From an uncultured Desulfurococcaceae archaeon (lineage in GTDB: Archaea; Thermoproteota; Thermoprotei_A; Sulfolobales; NBVN01), in assembly GCA_964592745.1 (NCBI GenBank), contig CAZQFL010000008.1, forward strand, positions 747-64,746: 64,000 nt of DNA. The letters run 5' to 3'. Positions 1-9,920 of this stretch are shown piece by piece. The notes beneath the pieces were generated by a model, which had not been told where the DNA came from, did not search any database, and was given only the letters and a program-made list of their open reading frames with translations. A program made the translations under genes and the position numbers. Numbering within the stretch: position 1 is the stretch's first letter; each line of letters begins with the position of its first letter.

Positions 1-329
1 TTTTCAAGTACTGTTAACCTATTAACTAGGTTAAAGAATTGAAAAACAAAACCTATCCTTCTATTCCTTATCTTAGCAATTACTGAACTCTTAAGCCTTG
101 ATGTAGGTAAGCCATCAATAAATACCTCACCTTTTGTCGGTTTATCAAGTAAGCCCATAATATTAAGAAGTGTTGTCTTACCTGAGCCTGAGGGACCCAT
201 TACAGCTAAAAAGTCCCCTCTCCTTACCTCCAAGTTAACGTTCCTTAAGCCCCAGGTAATTATGTTACCAACCCTGTATATTTTACTGACGTTCACTAGC
301 CTTACTATAACTTCATTATTTGATTGCAT
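1..329 (-). CDS. ABC transporter ATP-binding protein (MacB/LolD-like), partial; C-terminus beyond window edge
   Basis: Not in the ORF track because it runs off the window. My translation of the minus strand from ATG at 329-327 gives MQSNNEVIVRLVNVSKIYRVGNIITWGLRNVNLEVRRGDFLAVMGPSGSGKTTLLNIMGLLDKPTKGEVFIDG...RRIGFVFQFFNL. It has Walker A GPSGSGKT and a Q-loop region. Confidence 0.85.
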   Translation of the reverse strand, partial: MQSNNEVIVRLVNVSKIYRVGNIITWGLRNVNLEVRRGDFLAVMGPSGSGKTTLLNIMGLLDKPTKGEVFIDGLPTSRLKSSVIAKIRNRRIGFVFQFFNLVNRLTVLE

Positions 330-445
330 TTAGGTACTACCTACACTAGATCTATATGAAGCTTTATAAACCTCATTTAAGTGCGACCATAATCTTATAT
401 AGTAAGGTTTAAATAACTTAGTTTGACGGTTAGCTCGGTGCTTGT

Positions 446-1843
446 ATGAGTGATATTAATGTCCTGAGGGACTTCTTATTAAGATTATCTGAAGAGATAG
501 TCGATAAAGGTGCTGTATTCGCCGATTTTAGACTTGAGTCATACTTGATATCCTCATTTTCAATAGTTGACGGCTCAGTTAAGGATGTAACTTACGGTAT
601 TGATTCAGGACTAGCAGTTCGTGTATTATATAGGGGTTTTTGGGGTTTCTCGGTAACTAGTAAATTGGACAAGGAGAGTATAAAGGCAGCTGCTAACGAA
701 GCATTTAATGCAGCTAGAGCATTATCTACAAAGGGTGAAGGGAAATCTGATGTCTATATTCTTGAGGCATTAAGAGATGACGTTAAAGCTGCAGTGAAGG
801 TAGATCCTAGAAGTGTAGGATTTGATGTGAAAGTTAAAGATTCATTGAGACTTAATGATTTACTCTACAAAGAGAGTAATGTTAAGTCTGTAACCATAAG
901 GTACGCTGACATCATAGGAGATACTGTCTACGTAAGCTCTGAGGGGCGAGATATAAGGCAAGAGCTATGTTATACATGGATTTACATATGGGTTACAGGT
1001 CGCGAGAACACAATCGCAGCATCTGTCAGAGATGAATTAGGAAGTATTGATGGCTATACTGTGTGGAACATGAATCCTCAAGAAGCAATAGCTGAGAAGT
1101 TAATTAAACGACTTAAGATGCAACTAAGAGCGAGAACACCACGTGGTGGTAACTACCCTGCAATACTAGCACCTGAAGTTGTTGGTGTATTTGCTCATGA
1201 AGCCTTTGGCCATTTAAGTGAAGCTGATCTAACTATGTCCGGTTCAGCAATAATGGATAAAATAGGAAAGAAAATAGCGTCCGAGAAGGTAACTATAGTC
1301 GACGATCCAACAATACCAGGTGGTTTTGGGACATTTAAATATGACGATGAAGGTGTTGAGACAAGACCTGTTTACTTAATAAGAAAAGGTGTTATTGAAG
1401 AGTTAATGGTTAATAGGGAATATGCTAAACTACTTAACATTGAGCCTACAGGTAACGCTAGAGCTGAGTCATATAAGGTACCACCATTGATAAGGATGAG
1501 AAATACTGTGATCTTACCAGGTGATTACTCTATCGATGAATTGTTTGAGGACGTAAAGTTTGGTTACTACCTGGTATCGTATAGAGGTGGTCAAGCAAAT
1601 CTTGATGGAACTTTCCAGGTAGGTATTCAAGAAGCATATGAAGTAGTTAATGGTGAAATAGGCGAACCTGTTAGAAATATGAGCATATCCGGCAATACCC
1701 TCGAAACACTCTCATTAGTTGATGCTGTAGCTAAGGACTTTAAGATAGGTCATGGTAGATGCGGTAAAGGGCAGACGATATTTGTATCAGATGGAGGACC
1801 ACACATTAGAGTTAAGAGAATAACTATAGGTGGTTGGGAGTAG
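446..1843 (+). CDS. tldD: TldD-family metalloprotease (stand-alone, no adjacent PmbA)
   Basis: 465-aa ORF with the TldD/PmbA-family layout and metalloprotease motif HEAFGH (VVGVFAHEAFGHLSEAD). A TATA-like TTTAAATAA at 408-416 lies about 30 nt upstream of the ATG. Confidence 0.85.
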   Translation: MSDINVLRDFLLRLSEEIVDKGAVFADFRLESYLISSFSIVDGSVKDVTYGIDSGLAVRVLYRGFWGFSVTSKLDKESIKAAANEAFNAARALSTKGEGKSDVYILEALRDDVKAAVKVDPRSVGFDVKVKDSLRLNDLLYKESNVKSVTIRYADIIGDTVYVSSEGRDIRQELCYTWIYIWVTGRENTIAASVRDELGSIDGYTVWNMNPQEAIAEKLIKRLKMQLRARTPRGGNYPAILAPEVVGVFAHEAFGHLSEADLTMSGSAIMDKIGKKIASEKVTIVDDPTIPGGFGTFKYDDEGVETRPVYLIRKGVIEELMVNREYAKLLNIEPTGNARAESYKVPPLIRMRNTVILPGDYSIDELFEDVKFGYYLVSYRGGQANLDGTFQVGIQEAYEVVNGEIGEPVRNMSISGNTLETLSLVDAVAKDFKIGHGRCGKGQTIFVSDGGPHIRVKRITIGGWE

Positions 1844-1899
1844 TTTACAACGAGTCTAACCGTGAATTATAAGTTAAAAGCTTAATTTAGTGAAGGAGA

Positions 1900-3249
1900 T
1901 CATCGTATTAAAGCTTTAATGACATCATTAACTACCTTTACATCTACATACCCTATAATCAGTACTCCTACATCCTTATTATCACTCCATATAAGCATAG
2001 CCGGCGTACCTGCAATACCGTACCTTCTAGCTTGTTCATTAAATTCATTAAGTATTGACGTCGTATTACACTTACTAAATAACTTAATACTACTAACATT
2101 GGTAAGCATCTCAAAGTCATTCATGGATATAGACTTGCCCTCAATAACTAATCCATATAGCTTGAGTAGTAATTCATAGTAGTCCTTACCGTCTCTCTTC
2201 AATAAGTAATAGCATGTCAGCGCTTCATGGAGTTTCCTGGATTCTTCATGAACTGTTAATATATTGAAAATCATCGTAAGGTAACCCTTATTTACATACT
2301 TAGAGTAAATCACTGGTAAGGTATTATTAAATAGTCTAGCACAATAAGGGCAGTTAATGTCCTCAAACACTATAATCTTTATTGGTGCATTCATATTGCC
2401 TACGTATGGTCCCTTAAATGATGGCTTAGAATGAACTTCAAGCATTATGTTACCCATAGAGATGTTTAATATATATGGGAGAAGATTTGTGTTGTACCAT
2501 AATGGTTCATATACGAACGTGTTATTACTTAAGCTAATCACTATTGGAGAGTATTCTGACACGTTTATATTCTCCAAAGGTCTAATAATTATTGATGGAT
2601 AGTATGGAAGATTAGGGTATTGATTATATTCAACTTTCTTAATCTCTATAACCCTAGTTGATGATGTCCATGAAAGTACATCCTTTAATTCCTCAACATT
2701 TTCTATATGGATTCCTAAGTTAGGGATATTAATGGAGCTCTTAACTATGTAGGCTTTAGAGCTAAATACATACTCCATACTTACTCCACCGCCACCGCTT
2801 TGTACTAAGTAGTAGAGGTATGGTGGCTTCAATAACCAGTGATTACTTGATAATCTGAGAAACGCCTCGCTTAAATCACCTGGTAAAGTGCTAGACTCAA
2901 CTATTAACGCTGGATATACAGGTATGGTGTAATTACTGACTTCATTCTTACTTAAGAATTTATACCCTTGACACTCAACACCACCCCTACTCAAGTACCG
3001 TGAAATTACTGATGCAATGCTCACTAGTAACTTCTTACCTGTTTCATTTAATTCCTTATCATAAATTATGAGGAACCTACATACCTCAGCTTCCTCATGT
3101 GCTGGTGTTAACGTTTGTGAAGGAATACCTTGAGATATTAAGAACATACCAATCGCTATTAATACCATGGATGCGATAGCTAGTATGATCACATACCTAG
3201 ATGCCAAGTTAGCACCTATCTTCAATCGATTCAGAACTATTAAGTTCAT
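1900..3249 (-). CDS. Membrane-anchored DsbA-like thiol:disulfide oxidoreductase with large N-terminal extracytoplasmic domain
   Basis: N-terminal TM helix (YVIILAIASMVLIAIGMFLI). C-terminal thioredoxin-fold segment with a CPYC active site (FEDINCPYCARLF) and a cis-Pro loop-like GIAGTPAM. Confidence 0.6.
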   Translation of the reverse strand: MNLIVLNRLKIGANLASRYVIILAIASMVLIAIGMFLISQGIPSQTLTPAHEEAEVCRFLIIYDKELNETGKKLLVSIASVISRYLSRGGVECQGYKFLSKNEVSNYTIPVYPALIVESSTLPGDLSEAFLRLSSNHWLLKPPYLYYLVQSGGGGVSMEYVFSSKAYIVKSSINIPNLGIHIENVEELKDVLSWTSSTRVIEIKKVEYNQYPNLPYYPSIIIRPLENINVSEYSPIVISLSNNTFVYEPLWYNTNLLPYILNISMGNIMLEVHSKPSFKGPYVGNMNAPIKIIVFEDINCPYCARLFNNTLPVIYSKYVNKGYLTMIFNILTVHEESRKLHEALTCYYLLKRDGKDYYELLLKLYGLVIEGKSISMNDFEMLTNVSSIKLFSKCNTTSILNEFNEQARRYGIAGTPAMLIWSDNKDVGVLIIGYVDVKVVNDVIKALIR

Positions 3250-3290
3250 AGATTATTTAATCCTCCCTAATTCATTAATAGGGGTTTAGG

Positions 3291-3980
3291 ATGATCAAGG
3301 TGTTAGGAATTAATGGTTCACCAAGGAAGTACGGTAATACGTATAAAGCATTAATGTTGGCATTGGAAGGAGCTAAAAATGAAGGTGCTGAAGTAAAACT
3401 TGTTAACCTCTATGATCTCAAGATAGAGCACTGTATGGGCTGTATTAGTGATAATATTAAATCATGTAAGTATCCATGCCCTATAGATGACGACATGAAG
3501 AAGCTTCAGGAGGAGGTACTTAAAAGTGATGTACTCATTATAGCGACGCCTATATATTGGTACAATGTTAGTAGTGCCTTGAAGGCGTTCATTGATAGAT
3601 TGACTGTATTTGAAAATATGATAGTTATTGAGGGTAGGTCGTGGGTTGAAGGTAAGATAGCTGGCTTCATAGCTATCGGTAACGATACTGGAGCCATAGC
3701 TGTTATTCAGAATCTAATGGTCACATTTAATAGCATGGGCTTCATAATACCTCCATGGGCTCTAGCATACTACACTGAAATGGGTGATGTAACCGAAAGT
3801 GAGAACGCAGTTCTGGATGCAGTTAATGTAGGTCGCGTAACAGTAATTATGGCTAAGGTAATTAAGGGTCTGGAAAGACCACCTAAAGTATGGTATAGAG
3901 CTGATGCTGGATATAGGAATTTTGCTCTTAAAAAAGCTAGGGAAGTAAGAGAGTTTGTTTTAGATAGATTAACCAGTTGA
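3291..3980 (+). CDS. NADPH-dependent FMN reductase / flavodoxin-fold flavoprotein
   Basis: The N-terminus MIKVLGINGSPRKYGNTYKAL and the segment IIATPIYWYNVSSALKAFIDR are typical of the FMN_red / iron-sulfur flavoprotein family. Confidence 0.7.
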   Translation: MIKVLGINGSPRKYGNTYKALMLALEGAKNEGAEVKLVNLYDLKIEHCMGCISDNIKSCKYPCPIDDDMKKLQEEVLKSDVLIIATPIYWYNVSSALKAFIDRLTVFENMIVIEGRSWVEGKIAGFIAIGNDTGAIAVIQNLMVTFNSMGFIIPPWALAYYTEMGDVTESENAVLDAVNVGRVTVIMAKVIKGLERPPKVWYRADAGYRNFALKKAREVREFVLDRLTS

Positions 3981-3988
3981 TTTTTGAG

Positions 3989-4462
3989 TTAACTCTTCAT
4001 CTTTAATAACTTATCAACCCTACTCAAGAATCTAGCGTTTTTCACGCAATCCTTACTCACCTCAATAACCGCACCTTTAGTAAGGACTAAATGTCTACGT
4101 TTGACTTTACTATCTAAACCCATAATCTTAAATATCTCCTCAACCATGAAGTGTAATTGCACACAATGCATTGAGCCATCAACACTTAAAACAATCACTT
4201 CCTTATAGTTACCACGTGCAAGTATTCCTGCCAACTTAAATCCTACATGATTTATGTGCTCCTCTTCAGGACAAACCGTAAGTATCGCACATTTCTCTTT
4301 AAATCCTTCAATTGCTTCAGGATGTTCTAACTCTATGCACCTACTTAAGATTAATAATGATTCACGATTTCTTATTAATTTAGATTTAGCGTTTACATCT
4401 ATTAATTTAGGTAATCTATATATGCACATACCTAACCACGTGTAAGAATTTACTTGAGACAT
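3989..4462 (-). CDS. Hypothetical Cys/His-containing protein
   Basis: 157-aa ORF with no family recognised. Contains CAILTVCPEEEH and SMHCVQLH segments. The true start may be an internal Met. Confidence 0.4.
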   Translation of the reverse strand: MSQVNSYTWLGMCIYRLPKLIDVNAKSKLIRNRESLLILSRCIELEHPEAIEGFKEKCAILTVCPEEEHINHVGFKLAGILARGNYKEVIVLSVDGSMHCVQLHFMVEEIFKIMGLDSKVKRRHLVLTKGAVIEVSKDCVKNARFLSRVDKLLKMKS

Positions 4463-4510
4463 TATTTTAGGATTAAAGTTAAGTTAATAAATCCCCTATC
4501 TCTACACTCT

Positions 4511-5647
4511 ATGAGGGTATGTGTATTGAAAAAATATAGGGTGATGCTTGTATTCCTTTCGTTACTTGCGTTATCACTATTAGTACTTTCAGTATTATGG
4601 TTATTACTCGCAGCGATCCTTCCTGAATACTCTCCCTTTACTCCTATTGGATTCTTCTGGTTATGGTGGGTTGTCGATGCTTTAGGTTACGGTATCGCTA
4701 TAGCAACGTTAATTATTGCTGGTGGATTAATCGGTAAATATATAAAGACTAGGACTCCATTAAGCATTTATGAGTTGAAGTCATCAATGATTACTACAGC
4801 AACAGCCGTTATATCATCAGCATTATTGATAATTTTCTTAGTAGCTGAGATACTTGGATTAGGTACCTTAAGCCTAATAGCAATTATTGCTTTATGTTTC
4901 GCATTAATACCTGCTCTAATATCGTGGCTTTTCGCTCCAGCAATAATTAATACTGTGTACTCAGCACGTTATAGCCCACAGCTCCAAGAGATAGTTAACG
5001 AAGTAGCCAAGAATGCTGGAATCAAACCTCCAAAGGCAGTGATTGTACCAGCACCCTATCCTAATGCATTTGCTTACTCATCACCGATTTACGGTAGCTA
5101 CGTAGCAGTCACCGAAGGCTTATTAAGGAGGATGACAAGAGATGAACTAAAGGCCGTTATAGGTCACGAACTGGGGCATCATAAACATAGAGATATGCAT
5201 TTAATGTTGCTCCTAGGAATAGTACCTACATTTATTTACTACTTAGGCAGATTTCTACTATTCTCAGGTATAGCTGGTGGAGGTAGGAGGAATGAGAGAG
5301 GAGGTTCAGCATTACTCCTAGCTGTAGGTATTGGCGTAATAGTTGCTAGTATATTGATGGAGCTTGGAGTATTAGCATTCTCAAGGCTTAGGGAATTCTT
5401 CGCTGATGCACATGGAGCTAAAGTTACATCACCATGGACTATGATTTCAGCACTCAGGAAAATTCATGAATATTACTCCCATTCATTTAGAAGTAGGGAG
5501 TATATAGAGCATAGTAAAATTAAGACACTCTTTATATATGCATTTACAGAACCATTTATAGATTTAAGCGAGGTACTAGCTACACATCCGCCCATACATA
5601 AAAGGATAAGATTCCTCCAATCAATCACTGACTTCAGCAATGTTTAG
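4511..5647 (+). CDS. htpX: HtpX-like M48 zinc metalloprotease (membrane)
   Basis: HELGHHKHRD zinc motif with several TM helices before and after it, and a C-terminal THPPIHKRI. I start at ATG 4511 because the track start at 4454 overlaps the divergent neighbour. ATG 4544 is also possible. Confidence 0.85.
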   Translation: MRVCVLKKYRVMLVFLSLLALSLLVLSVLWLLLAAILPEYSPFTPIGFFWLWWVVDALGYGIAIATLIIAGGLIGKYIKTRTPLSIYELKSSMITTATAVISSALLIIFLVAEILGLGTLSLIAIIALCFALIPALISWLFAPAIINTVYSARYSPQLQEIVNEVAKNAGIKPPKAVIVPAPYPNAFAYSSPIYGSYVAVTEGLLRRMTRDELKAVIGHELGHHKHRDMHLMLLLGIVPTFIYYLGRFLLFSGIAGGGRRNERGGSALLLAVGIGVIVASILMELGVLAFSRLREFFADAHGAKVTSPWTMISALRKIHEYYSHSFRSREYIEHSKIKTLFIYAFTEPFIDLSEVLATHPPIHKRIRFLQSITDFSNV

Positions 5648-5777
5648 GGACTTCTAAATTCACGATAGCTAGCAAATTAAGTATAATCAACAATGAAACA
5701 CTTAAGATGAAAGGATAATTAATATGATCTTCATCTTTAATTGGAATTAAGTATAGAGGTAAGTAAAGTAGCTTAAC

Positions 5778-6158
5778 TTATTCTTGATTTATTAAGGAAT
5801 ACTTAGGTAACCTTATGGTTACCTTTATATACTCCTTAATCGCATATCTATATACTTTAGATACATACTTAGCATCTTTGGTAAAACTCTCACCACTTAA
5901 CTCAACGACTAGCTTATAACCTTCAACAAGAGCGCTCAGGTCAAGAAGTAATTTATTTTTATTGATTAAGGCATTATAATACCCTTTTTGAAGAATATCT
6001 GTATATTCTTGACTCTTAGGGATGAATATGTCTATATGATTATATTTAGCTTTACACTTCCTAGCCTCATGGTAGTATACCTTAGCATTAAGTTTATGGC
6101 ATGTACCACCAGGATCTACTATTATTACCTTAGCCTTGAGTTTTCTTCTGCACTTCAT
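5778..6158 (-). CDS. Hypothetical basic (Lys-rich) protein
   Basis: 126-aa ORF. GGTGA lies about 8 nt upstream of the ATG and a TATTTAAAT-like box further upstream on the minus strand. No recognisable domain. Confidence 0.45.
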   Translation of the reverse strand: MKCRRKLKAKVIIVDPGGTCHKLNAKVYYHEARKCKAKYNHIDIFIPKSQEYTDILQKGYYNALINKNKLLLDLSALVEGYKLVVELSGESFTKDAKYVSKVYRYAIKEYIKVTIRLPKYSLINQE

Positions 6159-6273
6159 GCCTTAATCACCAGCTATGTAATTCACAATCATGATTTAAAT
6201 AACATACTCTTCTTACGAGCTTAAATAGTAATGAACTTCATAAACTCTACAGCTAATTATTTCATAGATCTGG

Positions 6274-7113
6274 GTGTTACTAGTGTCATACAAAATATTA
6301 ATCGTTAATGATGATAGTTACCTATCACCGGGTCTTTACATACTATATGATGCTGTTAAGGATCTAGGTGATGTAATAATTACTTCAACAATGCTTCCTA
6401 GATCAGCCATAGGCCATACAATATCATTTAATAAGCCCTTAAGATTACAAAAGATAAGGTTTGAATCATATGATGTCTACGTAACTGATGGCACACCTAT
6501 AGACGCTCTTCACCTCGCAATTTCAGTTCTTAATTTTAAACCTAATGTAGTCCTATCGGGTGTTAATGTTGGTGAGAATCTCTCACTGCAACATACATAC
6601 TACAGCGGGACGTTAGCTATAGCTATTGAGGCGGCTCTATTAGGTATTCCTTCAATAGCTTTTTCAGCTGATATATTACTATTTGAAGACTTTAAGAATG
6701 AAGTACTAAGGAATGTGATAAAGGTGTTGGCTAGGGAACTAACTAGGTATGTGTTAAATAACGGATTACCTAATAATGTTGATCTACTCTCAGTAAATAT
6801 CCCATCACCTAGTAAATTTAACAAATGTGTTAAACTTACTAAGCTAGCAAAACTTAGATGGAGAGCTGAATTTGAGATGAGATATGATACAAGAGGACGC
6901 CCATATTACTGGCTTCAAACAAAACCTATCGAACCTGCAAAAGGGACTGACGTCTACGCCACATTGGTAGAGGGCTGTATATCTGTGACGCCATTAAGTA
7001 TAGATATAAATGCCTTAACAAGCCCGGATATCATAGAGTCTTTAAGTGTTGTAACAAAGAATTTAGAGTGTAGGTTTAAACTTAATACTACATGCTTGAC
7101 CCCTAGTAAGTAA
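6274..7113 (+). CDS. surE: 5'/3'-nucleotidase SurE
   Basis: ILIVNDDSYLSPGL, SGVNVGENL and YSGTLAIAIEAALLGIPSIAFS are hallmark SurE motifs. Confidence 0.9.
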   Translation: MLLVSYKILIVNDDSYLSPGLYILYDAVKDLGDVIITSTMLPRSAIGHTISFNKPLRLQKIRFESYDVYVTDGTPIDALHLAISVLNFKPNVVLSGVNVGENLSLQHTYYSGTLAIAIEAALLGIPSIAFSADILLFEDFKNEVLRNVIKVLARELTRYVLNNGLPNNVDLLSVNIPSPSKFNKCVKLTKLAKLRWRAEFEMRYDTRGRPYYWLQTKPIEPAKGTDVYATLVEGCISVTPLSIDINALTSPDIIESLSVVTKNLECRFKLNTTCLTPSK

Positions 7114-7128
7114 AAGGAGGAACAAATC

Positions 7129-9078
7129 TTGTATAAAATATTAGGTAGGGAATGCACTAAGAATCGATGCGGTAAATATATAGTAGAATTTAGTATCCCA
7201 TGGCCTAGGAACGCCAAAACAGTGCATCTATTAATGGACTTAAGCTCCTGGATGCCGGGACTATTTCCCTTAACTAAAATAGGTAGTAGAGGCTACATTA
7301 GATTAAAGTTATGGGAAGGTGTATACCTGTATGCATTCATGGTTAACTTAAATGAATTGATAGTGGACCCTGAGAATGACTTCTTTATAAAGGGCTTAAA
7401 GGTGCATTACCTTAATAAAACAGTTGATGCATCAATAGCTAGAGTAGGTGTTGATGAGATAGTTGAAGTCCTTATGAAGAGTAAGGATGTGAATGAACTT
7501 ATAGCTCATATTGAACATGATCAAGTATATGTTAGTAAGCTAGGTAATTACTGGAATGTAAGGATAAGATTACCCAGGGATTTTGTACAAAATGTTTATC
7601 TCGATTACAGATGTGGTGTAAGGAACGGCGTTATAGAAATGGAGAAAGTTCATAGTGATGATATCTTTGATTATTATGAGTGCCTTATTTTATGTAATGA
7701 TAATTTAAGCTATAGATTTAGGTTAGTACTCAAGAGTAAGCGTAGAACAGTATACTATGGCTATGAAGGCATAGATAATATGGAATATTTAAATTTAAGA
7801 ATTAATGAAGTAAATCCTTTAATTAATAACGAATTACTCGGTAATGTAGTTCTGGAAGTGAGTCTAGAGGATATCATGGATAGGTGTGATGATGTGATTA
7901 GTTCATTAAAGTATCTCTTCATAGATCACGTATTCGTAAGGTTACCCCCAGTAACTATAGTAAAACCTGAAGAGATGATTAAGGTAAATAACGGTATAGC
8001 TCCTGACATAGTGGATAGTATAGAATTATTTATACAGAAAGGGTATAAAGTACTCATTGAGATTCCATTAACTTATGTGTCACCATGCTTTAACGGATTC
8101 ATAGACGTAATTGAGAGAGGGGTTGAGTCGAAATATTGGGATTGGTTCTTAATATTTGATGAGAGTTTAGGTAAGGGCTTAAGTAGCGGTAAAGTCACGC
8201 ATAGTATTAAGGGTTCATGCTACATGGTGTATGAGATATTGAAGGAGTTAGCTAACTTCAATAGTGTAGCATTTGAGGATAGAGCAACATCGTTGCTTAG
8301 ACTAAATGTGGAGTCACCTAGAGTGTTAAGAGTTATTGAGGAAACAGTAAAGTTCTGGACTAAATTAGGTGTTACTGGATTAGTTATTAAGAGGTGCTTC
8401 ACAATACCTCAACACTTGATAAATGCCATAGTTACAACTGCTAAGGATATTAATCCTAATATAATGATATTTGGTGAGTCATTAGGCAATCCCTATTACC
8501 TTGCCAATGAGACTTTGCTTGATGGTATAATTGATAACTATTTAGGTAATTCAATAGCATCACTAATAACAGGTACATTAACATGTAGAGAATTTTGTAG
8601 AATAGTATCACATAACTATATACTTAAGCCTTTCATCAAAAACATAACAACATATCCGACATTACCGAAGGAAGTAGGATGCGGTGTTTTAGATGAAACA
8701 GAAATGAAATTACTGTACTTACTAACTACATCGCTTACAGGTATTATCCCGATAAGATTTACTGACATAATTAGTTGTGGTAAGAAGTTTAGGAAGTATA
8801 TACGTTCGTTAGTGAAGTTAACTAAGACTCTAGATGTAATGAGACTTGGTAGAGTAACCGTAAAATGTATTAATAAGAACGTGTTAATAGTTAAACGCGC
8901 ATTACTTAATGAGGTAGTTCATATATTATTAAACTTAAGTAGGGTTAGAGTAAATATTAATTTAAACATGTTACATATAAGACATAGTAAATCCTGCAGA
9001 AATCTCATTGACATGAGTAAAGTTAAGGGTACGGTGAAATTAAATCCTAAGTCAGGAGCTATAATTAAGGACTTATAA
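7129..9078 (+). CDS. Alpha-amylase-family-like protein with N-terminal E-set/CBM48-like domain; catalytic motifs look degenerate
   Basis: The N-terminus (VEFSIPWPRNAKTVHLLMDLSSWMP...YIRLKLWEGVYLYAFMVNLNELIVDPEN) resembles glycogen-binding E-set/CBM48 modules. The later segments KVLIEIPLTYVS, GVTGLVIKRC and IMIFGESLG sit where GH13 regions I-III would be, but they lack the Asp nucleophile. Confidence 0.45.
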   Translation: MYKILGRECTKNRCGKYIVEFSIPWPRNAKTVHLLMDLSSWMPGLFPLTKIGSRGYIRLKLWEGVYLYAFMVNLNELIVDPENDFFIKGLKVHYLNKTVDASIARVGVDEIVEVLMKSKDVNELIAHIEHDQVYVSKLGNYWNVRIRLPRDFVQNVYLDYRCGVRNGVIEMEKVHSDDIFDYYECLILCNDNLSYRFRLVLKSKRRTVYYGYEGIDNMEYLNLRINEVNPLINNELLGNVVLEVSLEDIMDRCDDVISSLKYLFIDHVFVRLPPVTIVKPEEMIKVNNGIAPDIVDSIELFIQKGYKVLIEIPLTYVSPCFNGFIDVIERGVESKYWDWFLIFDESLGKGLSSGKVTHSIKGSCYMVYEILKELANFNSVAFEDRATSLLRLNVESPRVLRVIEETVKFWTKLGVTGLVIKRCFTIPQHLINAIVTTAKDINPNIMIFGESLGNPYYLANETLLDGIIDNYLGNSIASLITGTLTCREFCRIVSHNYILKPFIKNITTYPTLPKEVGCGVLDETEMKLLYLLTTSLTGIIPIRFTDIISCGKKFRKYIRSLVKLTKTLDVMRLGRVTVKCINKNVLIVKRALLNEVVHILLNLSRVRVNINLNMLHIRHSKSCRNLIDMSKVKGTVKLNPKSGAIIKDL

Positions 9079-9089
9079 GTATGGTGATC

Positions 9090-9794
9090 TTACTCTCTTT
9101 TAATTAATTTAATTACGTTGATGAGGTGTCGTATATGTGGTATTATGTGTATTGAATCACCTATGCTTATAGGTTTTTCAACCCTGTCACTTATTAATAC
9201 AGCCTTAAAGCCAACACTTAAAGCCCCACCTAGGTCCTCAGAGATACCGTCACCAACATGTATTACTTCCTCAGGTTCAACACTTAGTACTTTACATATT
9301 ATTAGAAACGCCTTACTATCAGGCTTTTGAACACCTACTTCATCAGCGTAGAATTGAGCATCAAAATACTTACTTATTCCTACACTTTCTAGTAATTTCC
9401 TAGTGTATGTACTTGGCCAGAAGAGTACATTACCTAATATGACAGTTCTTAGTCCTAACTTCTTAATATATTTAAGTATGGTAGGAACATCTTCAATGAG
9501 TACTTCATTTGTCTTTAGGAGTAGGAATGACTTAGTTATTAAATTCGTCAATACTTCTTCCTTTAACCCTAGGTATTCAGCCATGAGGGATCTAGATCTC
9601 TCAACAACTTCACTCGCTTTCACTTTACCTAATCTTCTTAATTTCTTGGCTTCTTTATATGCCTTAAGTATTTTATTCAGTGCTTCCTCTTTACTCATAC
9701 TTGAGACAGTGCCCACTAACTCAGCTAATCTTACGTATACCCTATCTAGTCGTAACAGTGTATTCCACACATCAAATGATACAACCTTAACCAA
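9090..9794 (-). CDS. HAD-superfamily hydrolase (haloacid-dehalogenase-like subfamily)
   Basis: Motif I VVSFDVWNTLL, where the second Asp is replaced as in the DxYGT type. Motif IV is VGDGISEDLGGA. Confidence 0.8.
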   Translation of the reverse strand: MVKVVSFDVWNTLLRLDRVYVRLAELVGTVSSMSKEEALNKILKAYKEAKKLRRLGKVKASEVVERSRSLMAEYLGLKEEVLTNLITKSFLLLKTNEVLIEDVPTILKYIKKLGLRTVILGNVLFWPSTYTRKLLESVGISKYFDAQFYADEVGVQKPDSKAFLIICKVLSVEPEEVIHVGDGISEDLGGALSVGFKAVLISDRVEKPISIGDSIHIIPHIRHLINVIKLIKRE

Positions 9795-9920
9795 CTCATG
9801 CCACCCTATAAGGGTTTAGACCTTCTGATACTATCCTACGTATGTTTAACCCAACTGTAGTAGGTTAACAGGAATATATATCCTTATCATGTAAAGAACT
9901 ACTTAATTTATGAGCCTAGG

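Noticed and set aside
4454-4510. 5' extension of the htpX ORF (track start 4454)
   Set aside because: It would overlap the start of the divergent gene at 4462, and it lies upstream of the TTAATAAAT promoter-like element. ATG 4511 or 4544 is more plausible.
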